Shown piece after piece: positions 26,168-32,872 of a DNA stretch of 64,000 nt. The DNA is from a virus: positions 118,340 through 182,339 of the IMG/VR virus record IMGVR_UViG_3300032229_000533, one strand, 5' to 3'. The notes below the pieces were generated by a model. The model had not been told where the DNA came from. It made no database searches and was given only the letters and a program-made list of their open reading frames with translations. Positions within the stretch are counted from its first letter, which is position 1. Each line of letters opens with the position of its first letter. A program made the translations under genes and the position numbers.

Positions 26168-26230
26168 TGTTTTATAATTATTACAATAATACGAAAAGTT
26201 TCGTATTTGTCAAATATTTTTTTGTTTTAG

Positions 26231-26303
26231 TACCCCAAGAGGGATTCGAACCCTCAAAAACTTGTTCCTAAGACAAGCGTGTATACCGTTCCACCATCGG
26301 GGT
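26231..26303 (-). tRNA. tRNA-Leu(TAG) without long variable arm
   Basis: cttgt-ctTAGga-acaag; only 5 nt (ttttt) between anticodon and T arms. Confidence 0.88.
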
Positions 26304-26304
26304 G

Positions 26305-26400
26305 TTCATCACATCGTACAGGCATTCTACTCCCAGCTCCGAGGAATTGTATCTAACTTAGCCCTTCTCCACCGCTGTATGGGTACCTGAGGATATGATT
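26305..26400 (-). ncRNA. Candidate small structured RNA between tRNAs
   Basis: GC-rich 95-nt spacer with tacag/ctgta closing stem; the fold is not resolved. Confidence 0.35.
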
Positions 26401-26403
26401 TTG

Positions 26404-26477
26404 TATCCCCGATTGGATTCGAACCAATGACCCACAGCTTAGAAGGCTGTTGCTCTATCCAACTGAGCTACGGAGAC
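26404..26477 (-). tRNA. tRNA-Arg(TCT)
   Basis: acagc-ctTCTaa-gctgt. Confidence 0.93.
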
Positions 26478-26486
26478 ATATTTTTG

Positions 26487-26574
26487 TGGTACCGAGAGCG
26501 GGACTCGAACCCGCACGAACATTACTGTCCAAGGGATTTTAAGTCCCTCGTGTCTACCTTTTCACCACCTCGGC
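26487..26574 (-). tRNA. tRNA-Leu(TAA), CCA encoded
   Basis: aggga-ctTAAaa-tccct; long variable arm. Confidence 0.95.
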
Positions 26575-26622
26575 GTCTTGTTTTGTTGTACAAATATAGG
26601 AAATAAAATTGGATACTACAAC

Positions 26623-27357
26623 TTATAGAGAAAAATTTTCTTCAAATAATGTATTTGAATCATTTTCTTCTGTGTTGTAAGTGTGTTCTAATTCAACGGT
26701 TGAATTGTTGAAATTAAAGATGAATCGTCCGTCAGAACCTTCGTTGATTTCCCAACCACCGAAATGACTTTCAAGTTGACTATAACACCAATCTTCAATT
26801 GAGGCAGGAACTGCATCACTTGTTTCATCAAATGAACTTTCAATATAACCAGAATCTCCACCACCATTGTAACTTAGAGTTAGGATACCATCACTTGGAA
26901 CTTCAACATCTTGCATGTCTTCTTCCATCCACTTATCAAATCTTGATTTATCCTCGTCAGAATCATACTCAACTGTATTACCATCACCTCTATCGTAATA
27001 TGAATAATTGTGAGTTACGGTAAGTTCTTTTCTCTTACAATCAATTTCAATATCAATGTTTTGATAACTCATTGTATCCATATCAGGAGATTCATATGCA
27101 CCCTCAGAAATAACATGATTCATTACTTTTTTAAGAATTGGTGTCAATCCGTCAGGTAACTCTGCTCTATAGTTATTTTCAAAATGTTGTATACGTCTCC
27201 AATCAATGTCATCATGTGACAAGTCATATTGGTCTGAATCCAATTCAATACTAATTACTCCTTCTGTCATACCCAATGACGCAAGATAGTTACAAGTTCT
27301 GTTTAAGTATTTTTTTTCGTCTGGGGTTAAAATTTCTGCCATATTAATAAATATCAA
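26623..27357 (-). CDS. Hypothetical protein (DUF6878-like C-terminal domain)
   Basis: SYNGGGDSGYIE...GGWEINEGSDG motif, recalled from that family. Confidence 0.6.
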   Translation of the reverse strand: MIFINMAEILTPDEKKYLNRTCNYLASLGMTEGVISIELDSDQYDLSHDDIDWRRIQHFENNYRAELPDGLTPILKKVMNHVISEGAYESPDMDTMSYQNIDIEIDCKRKELTVTHNYSYYDRGDGNTVEYDSDEDKSRFDKWMEEDMQDVEVPSDGILTLSYNGGGDSGYIESSFDETSDAVPASIEDWCYSQLESHFGGWEINEGSDGRFIFNFNNSTVELEHTYNTEENDSNTLFEENFSL

Positions 27358-27701
27358 TCTTCTATTTTAAGTGTCCTCAACATCCATTGAGGTCGTTTAT
27401 TTTCTAAAATATTGTTCATCCATTCTTTTGCTGATGGTAAATAATTGTTACAATCTTCTTTTACGTGTTGTTCTCCAACATAACGAGTGTAAACTATTTT
27501 TCCATCACTATTAATGAATTCTGGTCCAAACCTTTTTTCCATTTCAAAAATCCCTTCGCTATGATGTCTGAACATTCTATGTAAAGAATCTCCCATCCAA
27601 CCTTTGGTTTCATCTAACCATTCGTGTAAATGAATATAATCTTCAGGTTTACCACCAAACTTTTTTGCGGAACTTTTTGCATGTATATTAGGATGTGCCA
27701 T
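27354..27701 (-). CDS. His-rich hypothetical protein (DUF6915-like)
   Basis: HPNIHAKSSAKKFGG...HEWLDETK...HRMFRHHSEGIF. Confidence 0.65.
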   Translation of the reverse strand: MAHPNIHAKSSAKKFGGKPEDYIHLHEWLDETKGWMGDSLHRMFRHHSEGIFEMEKRFGPEFINSDGKIVYTRYVGEQHVKEDCNNYLPSAKEWMNNILENKRPQWMLRTLKIED

Positions 27702-27719
27702 ATTTTATTTATTTATTTG

Positions 27720-27793
27720 TGGAGAAGGAGGGACTCGAACCCGCGACTTCTTGAATGCAAATCAAGCGCTCTAGCCAACTGAGCTACATCCCC
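27720..27793 (-). tRNA. tRNA-Ala(TGC)
   Basis: cttga-ttTGCat-tcaag; G3-U70. Confidence 0.93.
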
Positions 27794-27801
27794 AAACACT
27801 T

Positions 27802-27918
27802 TTAGTATAAACCATCTGTAATTGATTTATAGATAAGTACAACCATTCCGATTGCCCACGCACTTACCGCTAATATAATTACGGTGTCTTTCAGTGTAAT
27901 TTTCTTTAACAACTTCAT
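27802..27918 (-). CDS. 38-aa membrane peptide
   Basis: Hand translation MKLLKKITLKDTVIILAVSAWAIGMVVLIYKSITDGLY; TATCTTTG box upstream. Confidence 0.55.
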   Translation of the reverse strand: MKLLKKITLKDTVIILAVSAWAIGMVVLIYKSITDGLY

Positions 27919-27991
27919 AATGTTTTTTTAATGGTTTTCAAAATAGGTTACAAAGATAAATAAAAAGGTTTAATTACCAAAAATATTTTTG

Positions 27992-28065
27992 AGCCTCCTG
28001 TCGGATTCGAACCAACGACATTCGCATTACAAGTGCGACGCTCTGGCCAACTGAGCTAAGGAGGC
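27992..28065 (-). tRNA. tRNA-Thr(TGT)
   Basis: tcgca-ctTGTaa-tgcga. Confidence 0.93.
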
Positions 28066-28157
28066 GTTTTCGGTAAAGAATAGTCACGACCACCTCTGTT
28101 TCTCTTTACCTGTTATTCAATCGTGGCACAATGTGGTACGACCCTAACTGAATCTTG

Positions 28158-28231
28158 CGGTTCGGACGGGACTCGAACCCGCGACCTCCTGCGTGACAGG
28201 CAGGCATTCTAACCAGCTGAACTACCGAACC
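28158..28231 (-). tRNA. tRNA-Asp(GTC)
   Basis: cctgc-ctGTCac-gcagg. Confidence 0.95.
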
Positions 28232-28235
28232 AAAA

Positions 28236-28442
28236 TTCCCCACCTGAGATTCCAGTGAGTGGATTTTTCTTCTGTTTTCCTATTGAAAACACGAGACGGT
28301 CTTACCCGCACATAAACGTCAAACATACTCGGTGGGTTTGTTACGCCCAGGCTCCGACGAACCCCCTCTCTAAAGTCGTGGAAGGCTACAACTATACCAT
28401 TATTAAGAAACGGTACCAAATCTATTGGGTATCTCTTACCCC
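28236..28442 (-). ncRNA. Candidate ncRNA (about 205 nt) between tRNA-Gly and tRNA-Asp
   Basis: GC-rich spacer with no credible ORF; several short stems (tacc/ggta, ttttc/ggaaa, ccac/gtgg). Confidence 0.35.
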
Positions 28443-28445
28443 TTG

Positions 28446-28518
28446 AGCGGTAGACAGGTCTCGAACCTGCGACTTCGTACTTGGAAGGAACGCGCTCTAC
28501 CAACTGAGCTACTACCGC
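28446..28518 (-). tRNA. tRNA-Gly(TCC)
   Basis: cgttc-ctTCCaa-gtacg; its 5' 7 nt overlap the HNH ORF end. Confidence 0.9.
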
Positions 28519-29048
28519 ATTATTAAATTGTCATGTATTTCAAAATGACAATTTGAACAAACTAACATACACTTATCAACTTCATTTTTTAAGTTTTCAA
28601 AACTAAGACTTTTTCCTGATATCTGAAAATCTTTTTCTTTTGGGGTTTTATGATGAAATTGTAATGCTCTATCACATTTATTATACCCACATATTTCACA
28701 TTTTCCACCCTTATATTCTATCAATTCACGTTTTTTTCTTTTTCTCCACGATATTACATTTTCTGAATTTGTTTTAGGAATTTTATCTCTTGTAATAACG
28801 TATTTTTTAACTGTTTCAAATGCATGTCCCTTAAGTTTTGCAACTTTTTTCAAAGAACCAATTTCATCATACAAAACTTGTAACTCTTTCTTTTCCTCGT
28901 CACTCAAAGACACATCCTCACCTCCAAGTTTATGTAAGTTACAATGATAAGATACAGTTGACATAGCACAATTCAATTCGTTACAAATTTCTTTATACGT
29001 TTTACCTGATTTTCTTAATTCTATAATTTTTTCGGAGTATCTACCCAT
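28512..29048 (-). CDS. HTH plus HNH homing-type endonuclease
   Basis: N-terminal HTH (GKTYKEICNELNCAMSTVSYH); GGKCEICGY...LQFHH...KCMLVCSNCHFEIH. Confidence 0.85.
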   Translation of the reverse strand: MGRYSEKIIELRKSGKTYKEICNELNCAMSTVSYHCNLHKLGGEDVSLSDEEKKELQVLYDEIGSLKKVAKLKGHAFETVKKYVITRDKIPKTNSENVISWRKRKKRELIEYKGGKCEICGYNKCDRALQFHHKTPKEKDFQISGKSLSFENLKNEVDKCMLVCSNCHFEIHDNLIMR

Positions 29049-29093
29049 AATTAATATTTTAATTAATAAATATTAGACACTTCGTAAAAAATG

Positions 29094-29177
29094 CTGGTAC
29101 GGTAGGATTCGAACCTACGATGTGGTCACCCAGTCAGGTTAACAGCCTGATGCTCTCGGCCTCTAAGCGACGTACCA
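29094..29177 (-). tRNA. tRNA-Asn(GTT) with long variable arm
   Basis: tcagg-ctGTTaa-cctga; U1-A72, G73; 15-nt variable region with a tgg-GTGA-cca hairpin. Confidence 0.88.
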
Positions 29178-29183
29178 ATTATG

Positions 29184-29256
29184 TAGAGTAGACAGGGGTC
29201 GAACCTGCACGCACTTGCTCCCAAAGCAAGGGACCTACCAATTGGTCAACTACTCT
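29184..29256 (-). tRNA. tRNA-Pro(TGG)
   Basis: cttgc-ttTGGga-gcaag. Confidence 0.9.
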
Positions 29257-29268
29257 ATTTTATTTCCC

Positions 29269-29282
29269 ACATGTCAAAGAAC
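29269..29282 (-). promoter_or_regulatory. boxA-like antitermination site
   Basis: GTTCTTTGACATGT, 12 nt upstream of tRNA-Pro and just after a TTTG-N20-TATATTTG promoter. Confidence 0.65.
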
Positions 29283-29310
29283 ACTACAAATATACAAAAG
29301 AAAACCTTTA

Positions 29311-29349
29311 AAAACAAAAAACCCCGAACTTTTTATGTTCAGGGTTTTT
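29311..29349 (-). terminator. Attenuator terminator 2
   Basis: aaaaaccctgaac-ataaaaa-gttcggggttttt followed by tgtttt; similar in sequence to terminator 1. Confidence 0.85.
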
Positions 29350-29373
29350 AAATTTTGGCTTCTTAGTATTCCA

Positions 29374-29463
29374 TTATTTAAAGTCTGAACATGAGCATAG
29401 AGTGCCTAACCCGTCATTTGTCGGTGTTAAATTCGCTCTATCAAGTGTGTTCAAATTTTTCAT
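29374..29463 (-). CDS. Leader peptide 2 (29 aa) of tRNA array 2
   Basis: Hand translation MKNLNTLDRANLTPTNDGLGTLCSCSDFK*. TATTTATA upstream. Internal atgttcag (29385-92) is complementary to the terminator 5' arm. Confidence 0.78.
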   Translation of the reverse strand: MKNLNTLDRANLTPTNDGLGTLCSCSDFK

Positions 29464-29505
29464 AATGTTTCTATAAATATAGTCAAAAATTTAAAAAATC
29501 AACCC

Positions 29506-29766
29506 CTACAGGTATTTTTTGAATAAATCTTCCAAAGTTTTTTCATCTTCTTGTGAAAGACGGTAATATTTTTCTTTCAATAGGTCCATTTTCTCAATGA
29601 AAACTCCCTCTAAAACTCCAATGTTTTTTTCAGTATCTTCTACTGCGGATGGACTAATATGTCCTCCCTCAATTAGAGCTTCAATAAGTTCTTTAATGTC
29701 TCGTTTGTTACATGCTGATACAAACTCATCGGCATCAACGTCTACGTATGTGTCAAATTCTGGCAT
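29506..29766 (-). CDS. Hypothetical protein
   Basis: Start moved to MPEFDT, downstream of a TATATTTG box. Confidence 0.65.
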   Translation of the reverse strand: MPEFDTYVDVDADEFVSACNKRDIKELIEALIEGGHISPSAVEDTEKNIGVLEGVFIEKMDLLKEKYYRLSQEDEKTLEDLFKKYL

Positions 29767-29851
29767 GATATGTTTTTTTTTTAAATTGTACAATGCAAAT
29801 ATAAGGACTATTTTGGAACATTCCAACTATTTATTAAGATAAATTATTGAA

Positions 29852-31018
29852 ATGAAGTTAAACAGAAAAAACATATTAAAAGAGGGTTTATTTACAAATT
29901 TACTTAAAACTTCAGTTAAAACATTACCATCAACTTTCAAATATCTTGATGATATTACAAGATTAATGACCCCTGAAGTCAAAGCAATCGCCAACACAAC
30001 TACACCAGCAATTCTGAATGTAAGTGAAGGAACTGCAAAAAGATTTTATAAAGATTTTTTTCTATCAACAAACCAATTGTCAAGAAATGCTACTAAAGTT
30101 TCAATGGAAGGGTTAACTCAAAAAGGTATTCAAAATTTAATAGGATTGAAAAAAAATATATCTGACTTATTAAACTTGACTAATGTGTCTCCTGGTGCAA
30201 AAATAGATGCAAAAAACCTAATAAATGTTGTACATAGTACAAAGAATGGGGTTGATAATTTAGTTAATGAGTTGAAATTAGTTAAACCAAATAGTGCGGA
30301 TTTAACAGTTGCAAAAGAAATGCAGACACAAATTGATGATGTTATTTCTAAAAATAATACAATTTTTAAAAATGCGACCATGGGGACATCTACATCAACT
30401 AACCCAAAACCAGTTGTTAAACCAAAAGTCGAGCCAAAATCACTAACTAAACCAAAAGTTGAACCTAAACCAATAGTTAAACCAAAAGTTGAGCCAAAAC
30501 CAACGGTTAAAACAAAAGTTGAACCAAAAGTTAAATCATCATCGCCTAAAGTTAAAATACCTGTGGGAAACTTCAACGAAGTCCAAATTATAAGAGGTTC
30601 GTATAACCTTCCAACACAAAAATCTGCACGTTTTGTTGACCAACTGCTTGAAAAATCTTTCTATGAGGGGTTTGGAAAACGTCACGATATGTGGTCAGAT
30701 GAAATTATAAATCAATTAACCCCTGAAACAAAAAGTTATTTGTTACAATTGAAAAAAAATCTTGAAAAAGAAGGTTTGTTGTATACAAATGGATTTACAC
30801 AAGAATTTAAAAGGTTACCAAAAACGGCAGATGAAGAAATAAAATTACTTTCTGGAAATCATTGGGGTGGACTTGGAAGAAGAATGGGTGCACAAAATTC
30901 AATCAAATCTTTACCTATCCCAAGCAATAGTGTAATTCAAAATTTATTAGACAAGACAATGCAATCATCCAAGAAAGAAGAGATTTTGCAACTTTATAAA
31001 ACTTTGTTTAATAAGTAA
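29852..31018 (+). CDS. Basic hypothetical protein with PKVEPK repeats
   Basis: 388 aa; TATTTATT upstream. Confidence 0.7.
   Translation: MKLNRKNILKEGLFTNLLKTSVKTLPSTFKYLDDITRLMTPEVKAIANTTTPAILNVSEGTAKRFYKDFFLSTNQLSRNATKVSMEGLTQKGIQNLIGLKKNISDLLNLTNVSPGAKIDAKNLINVVHSTKNGVDNLVNELKLVKPNSADLTVAKEMQTQIDDVISKNNTIFKNATMGTSTSTNPKPVVKPKVEPKSLTKPKVEPKPIVKPKVEPKPTVKTKVEPKVKSSSPKVKIPVGNFNEVQIIRGSYNLPTQKSARFVDQLLEKSFYEGFGKRHDMWSDEIINQLTPETKSYLLQLKKNLEKEGLLYTNGFTQEFKRLPKTADEEIKLLSGNHWGGLGRRMGAQNSIKSLPIPSNSVIQNLLDKTMQSSKKEEILQLYKTLFNK
30401..30530 (+). repeat. Degenerate 30-bp coding tandem repeat (about 4 copies)
   Basis: aaaccaaaagt(c/t)ga(g/a)cc(a/t)aaa at 30-nt periodicity, encoding KPKVEPKxxV. Confidence 0.8.
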
Positions 31019-31175
31019 ATTTAATTGTATCCCCTTCTGAATAACGAATACCTGAGAAAATAACACCTGTTTGTGTTGTGTCACCCAAAGACTTAACTTC
31101 GTACTTGTATTGTCCGTTGTCTACTGTTTGACAACACAATACCAAAAATAGTTTAATTCCAATTATTGTTTTCAT
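31008..31175 (-). CDS. Small secreted or lipo-peptide (55 aa)
   Basis: Hand translation MKTIIGIKLFLVLCCQTVDNG...; ATGA overlap with the upstream ORF. Confidence 0.5.
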   Translation of the reverse strand: MKTIIGIKLFLVLCCQTVDNGQYKYEVKSLGDTTQTGVIFSGIRYSEGDTIKFTY

Positions 31176-31462
31176 TTTGTCAATAACATTAAAATTTTCT
31201 CTTTTGCTTCTTCAGTTGTGGAGTTATTTCGTCCACCAATATTCCACTCAATTTCTTCATCCATCCCAATTACTCGGCGATATTTCCAATCATAAACGGT
31301 AATGACTTCAGCGTTATCCAATTCTCTAATCCATTCCATTGTAACTTTTCCGTCACTACTTCTACCATTGGTCATTTCACCCAATGATTTGATTAATTGA
31401 TTTGGTGTCGCTTTAAATGTGCTTCCGTGAAAACTCGTTCCGTTTGCGCTTGCTGTTGGCAT
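31172..31462 (-). CDS. Hypothetical phage protein
   Basis: MPTASANGTSFHG...SDGKVTMEW...YDWK...EWNIGG. Confidence 0.7.
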   Translation of the reverse strand: MPTASANGTSFHGSTFKATPNQLIKSLGEMTNGRSSDGKVTMEWIRELDNAEVITVYDWKYRRVIGMDEEIEWNIGGRNNSTTEEAKEKILMLLTK

Positions 31463-31510
31463 GTGTAACATAATTTGTTTTTATTAAGGATACAAAGATA
31501 ATATTTTTTT

Positions 31511-31897
31511 CTAACTTGCCAACTCCTGATTTAACTTTTTTTCCAAACCTGAAATAATATATGATGCCGTCATGTAGTTGGTTGCAAGTGGTGTGTTATA
31601 TACATTACAAATCCTTAACAACATATTCACATCAACTTGGTGGGGATGAACCTCCAATGGGTCAATAAAGAACACAACCCCTGAGATTTCACCATCGGCA
31701 ATCATTGATGCAATTTGGGCGTCACCACCAAGTGGTCCTGACTTCATACATTCAACATCCAATCCCGCGTGTTCAATATGTTTTCCTGTGGTACCTGTCG
31801 CAATAACCTCAACCCTTTTGAAAAAATCCAACCTTTTCATAACAAAGGCAACCATGTCAGCCTTCTTTCCATCGTGAGCAATAACAGCAATTTTCAT
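31511..31897 (-). CDS. mgsA: Methylglyoxal synthase
   Basis: IAVIAHDGKK, ATGTTG, SGPLGGDAQI, FFIDPL..HPHQVDV..LLRIC. Confidence 0.95.
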   Translation of the reverse strand: MKIAVIAHDGKKADMVAFVMKRLDFFKRVEVIATGTTGKHIEHAGLDVECMKSGPLGGDAQIASMIADGEISGVVFFIDPLEVHPHQVDVNMLLRICNVYNTPLATNYMTASYIISGLEKKLNQELAS

Positions 31898-31899
31898 AA

Positions 31900-32205
31900 T
31901 TATTTTTGTTTTTCGTGAATTGAATTCTTACAATTTCCTTTGTGAGTCCCCCAAGTAAAATGACTATTTCCTGGTGAAACTACAATATATTCACATCCTT
32001 CTAAAGTGTAAATTTGGTAATATCTATCGTATGGTTCTGTAGAGGTACCAAGTTGTTTAATTTCAACAGGTTGTGATACCGTGTTTGGTTCAGGTTCCTT
32101 TTTAATATTAAAGTTACAACCTGATAATACTGTCATTAAAATCATTGATAGGATGATTATCAATATTCCTGCGGACAATCGTTTCATTACTTTTTCGTTA
32201 TACAT
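31900..32205 (-). CDS. Small lipoprotein
   Basis: Hydrophobic signal peptide ending in LSG-C. Confidence 0.7.
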   Translation of the reverse strand: MYNEKVMKRLSAGILIIILSMILMTVLSGCNFNIKKEPEPNTVSQPVEIKQLGTSTEPYDRYYQIYTLEGCEYIVVSPGNSHFTWGTHKGNCKNSIHEKQK

Positions 32206-32220
32206 ATTTTAAAATTTTTG

Positions 32221-32294
32221 TGGACCCTGCAGGATTTGAACCTGCGACCATCACATTATGAGTGTGCCGCTCTGACCGTCTGAGCTAAGGGTCC
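32221..32294 (-). tRNA. tRNA-Ile2(CAT), lysidine type
   Basis: caca-ctCATaa-tgtg; acceptor GGACCCT with C4-G69/C5-G68, the TilS determinants; closely resembles bacterial ileX. Confidence 0.8.
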
Positions 32295-32458
32295 ATTGGA
32301 ATGTTTAGAATAACACCAAATCTCCGTTGATGTTATCCCAATCATCTGAAACTGGTGACATTACAACAATGGTTGTATCTTCAGTTTCTTCTTGGGTTTT
32401 GATTGTTGGTTCGTTTTTCATGTTGCAAATATATAACATTTAAATATATCACACAAAT

Positions 32459-32872
32459 TTATTCTACGGTGTGTTCCCATTGAACTCTAACACAATTTTG
32501 AGGTAACCTATGAATGTGTCTGTAATTGTTAATATACCCCATCATATTAGCACTTCCAATTGCATTTGCTGAGTGTACAACAACATCAACAACAGGACTT
32601 CCATCCATCCATTTTTCAACCAACCATTTGGTACAATCCATACCAGTTTTTTCGGTGATGTTGTCGTAGTTCAATTCGTAATTGTGGTAAACATTCTTAT
32701 GCCATTCAACCATTGCACTATGACCCAAGTCATGGTCCAAAGAAATTAATTCAATATTTTCCAAACCAATTTCATTAATTTTATCTACGAATTGCTCGTA
32801 GTCTCTAACAACAACCCAATTCTCCACATCAACTGGAGTTCTTACGTCATCTAAGTAAATTCTTTTTTTCAT
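32459..32872 (-). CDS. Cyclic-phosphate-processing receiver-domain protein
   Basis: Start moved to MKKRIYLDD; LDDVR, ISLDHDLG, TGMDC, VHSAN motifs. Confidence 0.8.
   Translation of the reverse strand: MKKRIYLDDVRTPVDVENWVVVRDYEQFVDKINEIGLENIELISLDHDLGHSAMVEWHKNVYHNYELNYDNITEKTGMDCTKWLVEKWMDGSPVVDVVVHSANAIGSANMMGYINNYRHIHRLPQNCVRVQWEHTVE

Noticed and set aside
28222-28503. Track ORFs 28222-28503 and 28255-28446
   Set aside because: They overlap tRNA-Gly/Asp or the non-coding spacer; no motif support.
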